This document shows positions 10,596-19,838 of a DNA stretch of 64,000 nucleotides, piece after piece. Source of the DNA: Planctomycetota bacterium (GTDB taxonomy: Bacteria > Planctomycetota > UBA8108 > SXIK01); NCBI GenBank assembly GCA_965223265.1, contig OZ244999.1, positions 4,224,001 through 4,288,000 on the forward strand. The letters run 5' to 3'. Under the pieces are notes generated by a model. The model had not been told where the DNA came from, ran no database searches, and saw only the letters and a list, made by a program, of their open reading frames with translations. The stretch's first letter is position 1. Every line of letters begins with the position of its first letter. A program made the position numbers and the translations under genes.

Positions 10596-10780
10596 CCAGA
10601 AGTCTACCCCTCGATCACAGCTCCGCGTCTCCCGCAAAAAAAAAGGAACCCTCAGAGAGGTATCTTCTTCTCGAAGAAGAGACGTAATACCTTCCCCGAA
10701 CTTCTAACCGGGCGAGATTCGCGGAGTAACAACGTCGGTGTGTTTTCGCGACAGCGGACAGATCGAGGGCTTGTCCGCGA
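10596..10780 (+). repeat. Island non-coding repeat family, copy A (3' segment)
   Basis: Aligns by eye with 15492-15675 and 29933-30095 (CTCCGCGTCTCCCGC, TTCTCGAAG, CCCGAACTT, TGTTTTCG, GAGGGCTTGTCCGCGA). Confidence 0.8.
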
Positions 10781-10987
10781 GTCGGCGGCGTGACAGTTCC
10801 GTGCATGAGAGTACAGATGTCTGACAGACTCGTCGGCTCAGCAACTTACCCAGACTGCTCGCCTCCCTGGGGACCTCAGACAGAACGCATGAACTTGGGA
10901 GCGCGATACGATCGAGCCATGGCCCCAGTCCCGGCCTGACTATAACCTGCATCATGGGGGGAAAGCCCGGTCATGAAGAGCGCCTGA

Positions 10988-13900
10988 TCAGCCGTGGAGC
11001 TTGAAGCAGCACACACTCGGCGAGGTGTCTCCAGTCACGACGACGACCCCGTCCGGTGAAGCCCCGAGTGCTTCGATGCGGCCGTCCAACGTGGTGTGCG
11101 CGATCGCCTTGGCCAAATCCAGATCCCAGACGATGAGTTGACCGTCGTCGGACACGGAGACCATTCGACGTCCGCAAGAGAGGGCGCGCAGAGCGCCGAC
11201 CCGGTCCGTGTGCCCGTGCAGTGTCGCGACGAGCTGGCCGGTCCTCACTTCCCACACGCGTAGCGCATGGTCGGCGTCGATTGGGGGGCTGGTCTCATCG
11301 GCCCCCATGCGCAGGATCGACGCGTCGCCTGCAGAGACCACGCGACGGCCGTCCGCCGCGAAGGCGACGTGCCGGACCCAACATCGATGGCCCTCTAACG
11401 TGTACAGTCGCGCTCCTCGATCCAGGTCCCAGATGATTGCTGTCTCGTCGTCCGAACCCGTCACGGCGCATCGCCCATCAGCCGCCGTCGCCAGCGAGAA
11501 TGACTCCTTGCGATGTCCACGAAGCTCCCACGTCCGCTGGCCCGTCTCCATTTCGAAGACCTCGAGCCGGGACTCGCGATCCGAGGCTTCGGCGCCAGAA
11601 TCTTGGCACGACACAGCGGTCGAGGCCACGATCCGACCATCGCTCGTGAGATCTAGGGCCGTGACGTAGACTTCGACTCTCCACAGCTCCACCCCCGCAT
11701 CGAGGTCCCACACGCGCAGCGTGCCATCGTTCGACGCAGACACGACGCGCCGACCGGACGACGAGACCGCGAGACAATCCACCCGCGCAGAGTGTCCCTC
11801 AAGAGACCAGATCTCTTCACCGGTTCGGAGATCCCATACCTTCAAGCACTCGTCCACCGAGGCGGAGATCAAGCGCTCTCCGTCTGGTGTGATCACGACG
11901 GTAGTGACGCAGCCTTCGTGACCGCGGAGCAGGTGGAGCGAGTCTCCAGACTCGACCTCCCACACGATGACCGTGCCATCCGTCGATGCCGAAGCGACGA
12001 GGGCCTGATCCGGTGAGACTACCACGCTGCGAACGTCCCCCGTGTGACCGACCGCTTCGGGCCCACCTGGCTCTCGTTCGGAAGACGGCTGCTCCCTAAC
12101 CCGCTTGTTCGTGCTCTCTGCCAAGTGCCAGACTTTCAACGAGCGGTCGAGACCCCCGGAGATCGCCCGAGCGCCGTCGGTCGTGACTGCGACCGAGGAC
12201 ACGATCGAAGCGTGACCGAACAGCGTCTGGATCTGGGCACCCGTCTCGACGTCCCATAGCCGCAACGTGTTATCCATCGAGCAGGTGATCACGGTTCGAT
12301 CCTGCGCCACGAACACGGCGTCCCTGACCGGAAAGGTGTGTCCGTCGAAGATCACGCCAGTCTCCTGCTCAAGATCGAATGCGACAACGCGCGTAGCGCC
12401 CACCACTCCGACGGCATACCGTCCGTCCCTCGACAGGGCGAGAGAGCCCAGCTGAACTGAGCCAAGCGGGATCGTGGACACCGCGGTCGAGGTTCCTGGC
12501 TCCCACAAGACGAGCTGGTTGTCGCCGCCCACCGAGGCGACTCGCTCCGCGGCATGGGACGCTGAGACCGCGCGCACTCCACCGGAATGCCCCGGAAGTG
12601 TTCGAATCGCTCTCGACCTCAGATCCCAGACCTGCACGCCGCCATCAGCCAGGCCGGCAATCGCGTACCAGCCATCTGGCGAAATGCCGCTGACGCGAAC
12701 CTCATGTTCTGCACTTCCCAGCCGGTCCAGCTCGATACCCCTAGGGATGTCCCACAGACGAAGCGTGCCGTCTTCGGAGTGCGACACCAGTCGCTCGCCA
12801 TCCGGCAAGACGTGCACGCTCGAGACTGGTCCCTCGTGCCCCGTGAGTACTGCCGTCTGGCGCTTCGCCAAGAGATTCCAGACTCGTATCGTCTTGTCCT
12901 CGGAGCCCGACACGCCCCTCCGACCGTCCGGAGTCACGTCGACCGACAACACCTTTGCCTCGTGTCCCTCCAGGGTCGCCAACGGCTCGCCGCTCTCGAT
13001 ATCCCACAGCCGTACCGTCCGATCTTCGGACCCGGACAAGACAAACTGCCCATCGCGCGTCACACAGACCGTGTTGACGTCCCCGGTATGCCCGGTGAGG
13101 GTGCGTTCGAGATCCGCCGACTCTAGGCTTCCGCGCCAGCGCAGACGAAGTGTTGGGAGTGCCAGCTCTGAAAGTCTGGCCGCGGCCACGGTGGTCACGT
13201 TATAGGCGTTCTGTGTGATCGCGCGATTGTGGATCTGCTGGGCGAAATAGACGGGGTCCTTCTCTGCATCCCATCGCCGCAAATTGTGGGCTTCGCGGTC
13301 GAGTGTGCGGAGAACGGGCTGAAGCCGGACCCTCAACGTCGGCTCGGCCTGCACTACGGCCTTCACGTCCCATGCGAGCGTGTAGACGCCCAGCTTCCCG
13401 CACTTCGACTCTAGGAACGCCATGCTCGTCAAGGCAGCGGCCAGATTCTCCCATTGATTCATCGCGGCGAGATGGGCCGGCAGATGGCGAAGCGCGTAGT
13501 CGGGCAGCCCGTGCGGATCTTTCTCGAACCTGTCCCAGATCCAATCCGCCAGGCACTCGTGACCTTTCTCCGCCGGCGAGTGGTAGCGACCGGCCTTGGC
13601 CTCGTCGAACTCTGAGTCCCACCCGGTGAGCCACTCTGCGAGCGACCCGTGGAAGAAAGCGTAGGTGCCGCGGGCCGGAGGCAGGAAAGCCTCGAGCCGC
13701 TTGAGACATGGCGTCAGTTCATCGTCGAGATGCAGTCCAGTTATCTCTGCGAGCTGCTTTCGGTTGAGTGGCTCGCGTGCCGCCACGATCACAGACAGGA
13801 CGTGGCGGCTCGGCTCGAAATCTACCGTTCCAAACAAGCGGTCGAAGAAAATCAGGTAGAGGCCCTCCATGCGTGGAGGTAGCTCGGCCAGCTGCTGCCA

Positions 13901-15190
13901 GCTGATCTGACCCGCTTCGAGCGCGTCGAGGGCGGTGACCGTAAAGAGGAAGTTGACACCCTGGTGCTCCCCTTCGCTTAGAACTCCGAGCGCAAGGGTC
14001 GCGAGTTCATCAGCGGACTTGTTGCTGGTGACGCAGATCTCGGCGAGCGATGTCTCGCGTAGGCGAGCGAGTGCGTAGCTGTGAACGTCGTCGACGTTGC
14101 GGGGATCCGTGGCCTCGATCTCGGCGTGACCCAGGCCACGCAGCCGGGCGCGGATCGTCGACGTCGGCCGCGCCGTGGCCACGACCCTCAACCACGCGGG
14201 CAGGCGGTCGAGCCGTGATGCGAGCACGTCGAAGATCCCAGGAGACCCCTCGTAGAGCAGCGATTCGTCGAGGGCGTCGATCAGGAGATACGACGTGGCG
14301 TCGACCGGCTTGGGGATGCTATGCAACGGCGCCAGGACGCCATTTTCGAATGCGCTTCCGGGATCCCGGGCGACGTTCTCGTCGTCGAGCACCTCACGCA
14401 ACCGCGGATCCGCAAGCGCCGCTGCATATGCTTCGATGCGACCTGCGAGCATGGCCGCCAAGCTCTGGACTAATCGTCCGGGCTCGAGGCTCTCAGGGAT
14501 GTCCCATTGGCAGCAATGGTACGCCAGAACCTGCTCGTCGGGATTCGTCATGACGAGCTGGGCCACCAGTGCCGACTTGCCGCTGCCGGGACCGCCGGTG
14601 ATGAGGAGCAGCGGCAAGCGCTCGCGATGGCGCCACGCGTCGATCGCATCGAACAACCACTCGCGGCCCGTGAAACGCCGTCGCCTGGAGGCCAGGAACG
14701 GCTCGGAGTCCCGCGGCATCGGCAGGTCGACGAAGGCTCTCTCAGCTGCTTCGCCGCGGGCCGCGGCCTCGATCGCCCCGGTGAGCCTGGTCACCGCGCG
14801 ACTGTATCGTTCGTCGAAGTCCTCCCACTGCGTGAGGTCTACCTGCTGCACTCGATAGACCAGCAGCGGCGGGACACAGGGAATCGTCATCGCCGGAACG
14901 ATCGGAACGTTCTCCCCGCGCGCGAAGGCGATCTCATCGAGGCAGACGCTGTCTGTATCGCTGGTACTTCCCGGCAGGCCTCGACGCCGGACGGCGTGGG
15001 GACTTAGGAGGAGGACGACCACATCGGATGTGCGAATCCCTTGCTCGATCTCGCCATCCCAGCCCCAGCCGACACGGATCTGCTCGAGGTCTTGCCAGAC
15101 CGTGAAGCCAGCAGCGTTCAAATCAGCGTGCAGCCGTTCCGCGAGTGGTTGCGTATCGCCTCGGCCGTAGCTCAGAAAGACCTTCACCAT
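10988..15190 (-). CDS. TIR - NACHT/STAND NTPase - WD40 repeat protein
   Basis: TIR (VFLSYGR...VWQD...CLDEIAFA), Walker A GGPGSGKS, Walker B LLIDALDE, helical domain, more than ten GH...WD repeats. Confidence 0.9.
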   Translation of the reverse strand: MVKVFLSYGRGDTQPLAERLHADLNAAGFTVWQDLEQIRVGWGWDGEIEQGIRTSDVVVLLLSPHAVRRRGLPGSTSDTDSVCLDEIAFARGENVPIVPAMTIPCVPPLLVYRVQQVDLTQWEDFDERYSRAVTRLTGAIEAAARGEAAERAFVDLPMPRDSEPFLASRRRRFTGREWLFDAIDAWRHRERLPLLLITGGPGSGKSALVAQLVMTNPDEQVLAYHCCQWDIPESLEPGRLVQSLAAMLAGRIEAYAAALADPRLREVLDDENVARDPGSAFENGVLAPLHSIPKPVDATSYLLIDALDESLLYEGSPGIFDVLASRLDRLPAWLRVVATARPTSTIRARLRGLGHAEIEATDPRNVDDVHSYALARLRETSLAEICVTSNKSADELATLALGVLSEGEHQGVNFLFTVTALDALEAGQISWQQLAELPPRMEGLYLIFFDRLFGTVDFEPSRHVLSVIVAAREPLNRKQLAEITGLHLDDELTPCLKRLEAFLPPARGTYAFFHGSLAEWLTGWDSEFDEAKAGRYHSPAEKGHECLADWIWDRFEKDPHGLPDYALRHLPAHLAAMNQWENLAAALTSMAFLESKCGKLGVYTLAWDVKAVVQAEPTLRVRLQPVLRTLDREAHNLRRWDAEKDPVYFAQQIHNRAITQNAYNVTTVAAARLSELALPTLRLRWRGSLESADLERTLTGHTGDVNTVCVTRDGQFVLSGSEDRTVRLWDIESGEPLATLEGHEAKVLSVDVTPDGRRGVSGSEDKTIRVWNLLAKRQTAVLTGHEGPVSSVHVLPDGERLVSHSEDGTLRLWDIPRGIELDRLGSAEHEVRVSGISPDGWYAIAGLADGGVQVWDLRSRAIRTLPGHSGGVRAVSASHAAERVASVGGDNQLVLWEPGTSTAVSTIPLGSVQLGSLALSRDGRYAVGVVGATRVVAFDLEQETGVIFDGHTFPVRDAVFVAQDRTVITCSMDNTLRLWDVETGAQIQTLFGHASIVSSVAVTTDGARAISGGLDRSLKVWHLAESTNKRVREQPSSEREPGGPEAVGHTGDVRSVVVSPDQALVASASTDGTVIVWEVESGDSLHLLRGHEGCVTTVVITPDGERLISASVDECLKVWDLRTGEEIWSLEGHSARVDCLAVSSSGRRVVSASNDGTLRVWDLDAGVELWRVEVYVTALDLTSDGRIVASTAVSCQDSGAEASDRESRLEVFEMETGQRTWELRGHRKESFSLATAADGRCAVTGSDDETAIIWDLDRGARLYTLEGHRCWVRHVAFAADGRRVVSAGDASILRMGADETSPPIDADHALRVWEVRTGQLVATLHGHTDRVGALRALSCGRRMVSVSDDGQLIVWDLDLAKAIAHTTLDGRIEALGASPDGVVVVTGDTSPSVCCFKLHG

Positions 15191-15312
15191 CGGTGAGCCT
15201 CTGGCATTCATCCCTGCGTAGGGCCCATTCACCTCGTTGCAGCGCGACGATCGAGAATGAACATTCTACCCGCGAGCGACAGCGCAAGTCCATGAACGCA
15301 TAGACGCCGACG

Positions 15313-15760
15313 AATCACCGATTTCTGATCCGTCTCTGCAGTCTCCGTGAAACACTTGTTTCATCGGAGCGCGCCTCCGACGATTCCCGAGCTCCCAATC
15401 CTCAACCTCGCCCGTTGATCTTCTTCCTGAATCTGAAGATCGTGCATTCGTGAATCGAAGCCGCGGCGGAACGAAAAAGTATCGACTTCATCCAGAAGGT
15501 GATCCCTCGATTCCTAACTCCGCGTCTCCCGCGGAGAAAGGATCCCTCAAGAAGGTATCGACTTCTCGAAGAACGGACGTCATACCTTTCCCGAACTTGT
15601 AAACGCGCGGGATTCGTGGAGTAAGATCCTCGCTGTGTTTTCGTGATAGCGGAGAGATCGAGGGCTTGTCCGCGATCGCAAACACATGTCCTTAAACTTC
15701 GACCAGAGCGACGATCGAGCTTCAGTGTCTCCGGCCGCTCGAGAAACCACCGTCTCTCAT
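15313..15760 (+). repeat. Island non-coding repeat family, copy B (longest)
   Basis: Contains TGAAACACTTGTTTCA (15348-15363), CCCGTTGATC, GAAGATCGTGCATTCGTGAATCGAAGCC, CCAGAAGGTGATCCCTCGAT; colinear with copy E. Confidence 0.85.
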
Positions 15761-15799
15761 TGGAGACCCGATGGCGCACGTGCCTGTCTCAGTGCGGTC

Positions 15800-16540
15800 T
15801 CAGGCATGGATTCCTCGCTCTTCGAGTTGCCTGAGAGCCTCGATTGCTTCCGGACGACGAAGGCCATGCTTCAGCCAGTTTCTTTTCCGGAGATCCGCCT
15901 CACCCCACACGCGAGTCTCTTCGGTAACAAAGCCGCCTTCCCTAGCGTGTGCTCGGGAAACGCAGAGCATTCGCTGGAGCTCGCCTCGGAAGAGTGGGCC
16001 CACAAGCGCAAGAAAGGCTTCCGCCGCTGGTGGCTCGTTTGCGAATCGAAGAACGGTCCGGCGACACCACTCCCAAGAGAGCTGGCGGCCGCTCTTGGCA
16101 GTCTTCTTCAAATAGGCCGACGGCGACCGAATCGGGTTTCTCGTGCCCTTTGCTTCACAGACGATGTAGCGTTCAGTGTTCATGTCCTGTGCAATGATGT
16201 CAGGACCGTGAATGCGGTATGTAAGGTCATTCAGAAAAACCGGACGCATCTGTTCTGTCGTTTGAATCCACTCGAAAGCACCGCAAACTCCCGCGTGCTC
16301 CAATGTTGGACTAAGAACCTCGCCGGTCTTCGTCGTTGGTGTGCGGTGATTGAACGTCCTTGGATAGAGGCCAAGCCAACCTGATGGGCGAGTCGTTGAG
16401 GAGTGTGCGTATGCGACCCGCCACTCAGCCGCGTTGAGCAGTGCGGCGTACAGATACGCGGCAATGGGGTTATCCTCGGTGAGCGGCGCCAGGACAGCTA
16501 ACTGTTCGTCCAACTCCGCTGCTGTGTCCGGAAATCTCAT
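15800..16540 (-). CDS. Restriction-endonuclease-fold (PD-(D/E)xK) nuclease-like protein
   Basis: HGPDIIA...YIVCEAKG...GRQLSWEWC motif series seen in toxin-type nucleases. Confidence 0.6.
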   Translation of the reverse strand: MRFPDTAAELDEQLAVLAPLTEDNPIAAYLYAALLNAAEWRVAYAHSSTTRPSGWLGLYPRTFNHRTPTTKTGEVLSPTLEHAGVCGAFEWIQTTEQMRPVFLNDLTYRIHGPDIIAQDMNTERYIVCEAKGTRNPIRSPSAYLKKTAKSGRQLSWEWCRRTVLRFANEPPAAEAFLALVGPLFRGELQRMLCVSRAHAREGGFVTEETRVWGEADLRKRNWLKHGLRRPEAIEALRQLEERGIHA

Positions 16541-16790
16541 GATTTTGGTGGCTGTACTCTGCGTCCTTGGTTGGATCCGACGAACACGTTGCCCCTGCAC
16601 CTAACCTCAATCCGGCTGGATTCCTTCTACTGACGCATGCCATCGGCGACGATATGCAGGATGAGCGCACGTCTAGGCGCAGCCAACCTAGTCACACACC
16701 TGGTAGCTGCTCGAAGCAGGCTTCTACGTTTTCGCCCGCGAACTGTCGACTCCTCCGGCCAATGGGAGACGCTGGTGCAGGCGGGACAAA

Positions 16791-17040
16791 TCGAGAAACC
16801 GCAAGTAATCGCCGGTTTCTGATCCGAGTCTCCGGCGTCCGTGAAACATGTGTTTCATTTGGAGGCCCCCGGAAGGCCGAAGAAATCTTTGGTACGGGCT
16901 GGACGGCCGAGGTGTCTTTCGTCGCAGAACTCCGCGCACCCCCGCGGACGGGCGCCCCCGGTCTTCAAATCCCCAAACACTGCCGTTGATCTCCCGACTT
17001 CTGATCTGAACTTCAGCGCTTTGCGAAACACGTGTTTTCA
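16791..17040 (+). repeat. Island non-coding repeat family, copy C (5' segment)
   Basis: AGAAACC...GGTTTCT (16794-16820), TGAAACATGTGTTTCA (16842-16857), CTTCAAATCC...CCGTTGATCT, second palindrome variant GAAACACGTGTTTT (17025-17038). Confidence 0.8.
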
Positions 17041-18963
17041 TGGTTGGGGGGCCCGTGACTTCGATTGCAGCTGAGCCCTCTGGCTATCGACAGCAGCTCC
17101 GGATTCGGTCCGACTTCGAAAATAGCTGTCGATGCGCGCGATCGCCGCGAGATTCGAAAGCGTTTCGATCTCTCCATGGATGTCGGATATTTGTTTTCGC
17201 GACTCGTACGTCGACAAGCACCTATTGTGTATTCTCGACCAAAGTTTTTCTATCTCCTCGATGATCGACTGATGGTCGAGATCTCGACCGGGAGAATGCA
17301 GAACAATAAGATTACTTTGGATACGCCCGCCTTTCACACTCTGTGTATCGACGAGCGCTTTCCATCCGAGCCGGTCAAAGAGATCTCGAAGATCTTCGCC
17401 TTGGTACGGCACGGCTATTTTCTCTGGCTCGACCAGAGGGTAGAGCTCCTGAACCACTACAACGCCACCCTCTCCCAAGATCCTTGTCCACGCGAGGATC
17501 ATTTCTGCGAACTCAACCAGTTCGAGCTCATGCACGACATTTGAAACTACAACCACGTCGTATGGACCCTTCACCTGCTCCAGTCGTCGTTCCTCAAGCA
17601 CGCGAGCCGCCGCTCCACCGTCTTTCGCGACCGCTTGAAGCTCCAGCTGGAGTTCAGTATCTACGTCAAAGAACTCCCAGGCACAACCTGCTCTCAGGGG
17701 AGTCGGACGATTCTTCTGAAGTTCGAGAAACGTCCGTCCACGCCCTGCGCCGATGTCTAGGATCTTAGTGTTTCCTTGGTCACGCGAGGGGAGCTGGGCG
17801 GAGAGCACCTTGCCCAATTGTTCGGACTGTTTGTCTTGCGAGGGTCTGTCCGACACCGGGACCGGCTCAGCTGAAAACAAACCGACTAACGCCTCTGTTA
17901 GGCGTTGATTCGCTGCCGCAGTGGTCAGTTCAGCCAAAGCAAGGAGCTGTTGATCACGCGCATGAAAAAGATTGTAAGCAGAGAGAATTCGCGTGTACTC
18001 AGACGACAGGGCATACACTTTACGATTGGGCGCGGGAGCCTGGCCGGTTGGACTCGGGACTCTTTCCTGCCACGGCTGGCTGGGCATGCTTTCGACTTCG
18101 AAGTAGTGAAGAGAGTCGACATACGTAGAGAAGAGCACGTGTGGGTGATGAGACGCGATCAGAGTCTGGGGGACGTGCTCTTTGATGTGCTCCAGAAGAA
18201 TCGTCATGTACTCGGGGTGAAAGTGGTTTTCGATTTCATCGAGAATGAGAATCGGCTTCACGTCGAACTCAAGGATCGCGAGGGCAGCGAACAACGCCTT
18301 TTGGCCAGCACTCCACTTCGCGGCTGGAAAGGTTCTTCGAGGATCGTAACGCAGCACAGGTTCGACTTTGTTCCCCTTGCCAAGTCGAACACCGAGAGAG
18401 CCGCCGACGGCTTTCTGAAAGCGGCGCACGAACACCGCGCGCTGCGACGATGGATAGTCGTATCCCGCCGCCAACGTGGAAATCAACGCTTCGCTCCGAT
18501 ATTGCGCGTCCTTCTCCCAGCGATCGACGTCCAGATCTGAGAATTGATCTTCGAGTAGTGATCGGACGACACCTCGCGTAATGCGCTGAAATGCCGGCTT
18601 GCCGTTCTTTTGATCGCCGCCGTCCTTGGATATATCCAGCTGGTGAAACTGTCCCTTATACTGCGTAATGTCGTCGATATAGATGATCTCCGGCAGCTCG
18701 TCAGGTCCGCTGGCGAGTAGAACCTCGACGTTCTGATCGCTGATATGCTCGCCGGTGTATTTGCCATTTCGCTTCAGCGACCAGGACTTACGAATCGCTG
18801 CGTTAACTCCTTTGATGACGTACGATTTGCCCGTCCCGTTCCTTCCACAGAAGGCGTTTACCCTGTTCCAGTCTCCCTCGCAGGTCGGATAGGAAAGGTC
18901 TATCTTGCCCGATTCGAGACCCTTCGGTGCACCAAGCTTGATAGTCTTTATGAAGTTCGACAT
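17038..18963 (-). CDS. ABC-type (AAA_15/AAA_21-like) ATPase fused to a class I SAM-dependent methyltransferase
   Basis: Walker A GRNGTGKS, signature WSAGQK, Walker B/D-loop LILDEIENHFHP, H-switch ASHHP; C-terminal ILDIGAGRG and YDVVVVSNVVHEL. Confidence 0.8.
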   Translation of the reverse strand: MSNFIKTIKLGAPKGLESGKIDLSYPTCEGDWNRVNAFCGRNGTGKSYVIKGVNAAIRKSWSLKRNGKYTGEHISDQNVEVLLASGPDELPEIIYIDDITQYKGQFHQLDISKDGGDQKNGKPAFQRITRGVVRSLLEDQFSDLDVDRWEKDAQYRSEALISTLAAGYDYPSSQRAVFVRRFQKAVGGSLGVRLGKGNKVEPVLRYDPRRTFPAAKWSAGQKALFAALAILEFDVKPILILDEIENHFHPEYMTILLEHIKEHVPQTLIASHHPHVLFSTYVDSLHYFEVESMPSQPWQERVPSPTGQAPAPNRKVYALSSEYTRILSAYNLFHARDQQLLALAELTTAAANQRLTEALVGLFSAEPVPVSDRPSQDKQSEQLGKVLSAQLPSRDQGNTKILDIGAGRGRTFLELQKNRPTPLRAGCAWEFFDVDTELQLELQAVAKDGGAAARVLEERRLEQVKGPYDVVVVSNVVHELELVEFAEMILAWTRILGEGGVVVVQELYPLVEPEKIAVPYQGEDLRDLFDRLGWKALVDTQSVKGGRIQSNLIVLHSPGRDLDHQSIIEEIEKLWSRIHNRCLSTYESRKQISDIHGEIETLSNLAAIARIDSYFRSRTESGAAVDSQRAQLQSKSRAPQP

Positions 18964-19168
18964 ATTCCCTCCGTCCTCAAAAATCTTGCCGCGAATACCA
19001 GTAGCTCGCAGAAACTGGTCTCGCTCCTCTCTATCGCAGAATGAGCGGGAGCCAGTGGCACCCTGAAGGGGATTCTTACGACGACCTCCTTGGAGTCATT
19101 GTAACGCGTCCGCAAAGAACCGCGTCGCGCCTCGACACCAACGGTCTTCACAGTTGGTGACTGTGCAA

Positions 19169-19250
19169 TCCCGTTGATCTCTCTGCCGAATCTGACGGTC
19201 GTGCATTGTGAATCGAAGCCGTCATCAAAACGAGAAAGTACCTTCGAAGA
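19169..19250 (+). repeat. Island non-coding repeat family, copy D (short middle segment)
   Basis: CCCGTTGATCTCTCTGCCGAATCTGACGGTCGTGCATTGTGAATCGAAGCCG matches the middle of copies B and E. Confidence 0.7.
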
Positions 19251-19487
19251 GGCCGATACGGCTTTTAGCGGGGACGCCGGGCAGGCTGAGGCCGACGAGC
19301 AGCCGGCGCCCTGAACGGTCCAGAAACAGGTAATTCCCTCGCGGTGCATCATGCGATAGGATCAAGTCACTGCGCCGTATCCCGGTCAACCAGCGCCGGA
19401 CGGCCGGGATTTATACTATTTCGGACGCGAGTCGTCGTTTTCCTCTCAGCTCAGCTGAGCGAAGGAAGCGACCGAAGGAGACGCGAT

Positions 19488-19835
19488 ATGGCGACTGTGA
19501 CGATCGGCTTTGCTGACGGATTCTCGCGTGAGGATGTTCTCAACAAACTGACGGCCGACGAAAGCGGCATTCAGATCGACGTTCGGCAGCCACTCGATTC
19601 GGGACTCGAGATCGGGCTCGCCATCGCTGGCGTCGTGTTGAGCGCTGCCCAGTTGGCGGTTGCCCTGTGGGAGCTGAAGTCGAACGCGGTCGCCCGTTGT
19701 TCCGGCGAGAGCGCGAACGCGGCGATTTCGATTCGGGAGACGGGTGGCGAGATGAAGATGCTCTCCGCGACGTCGGTTGAGGAGCTCGAGGCTGAACTGA
19801 AACGGCGCATCGACCGTGACCGCGACGCCGAGTAG
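19488..19835 (+). CDS. Small protein with a central hydrophobic helix (EACC1-like layout)
   Basis: AAGGAG RBS before ATG 19488; hydrophobic segment LEIGLAIAGVVLSAAQLAVALW; 3 nt gap to the next gene. Confidence 0.65.
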   Translation: MATVTIGFADGFSREDVLNKLTADESGIQIDVRQPLDSGLEIGLAIAGVVLSAAQLAVALWELKSNAVARCSGESANAAISIRETGGEMKMLSATSVEELEAELKRRIDRDRDAE

Positions 19836-19838
19836 CCG

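Noticed and set aside
15402-15779. Small protein family encoded by the island repeat (similar short ORFs at 10615-10806 and 29909-30229)
   Set aside because: Starts, stops and frames differ between copies and there is no RBS; the similarity follows from the DNA repeat
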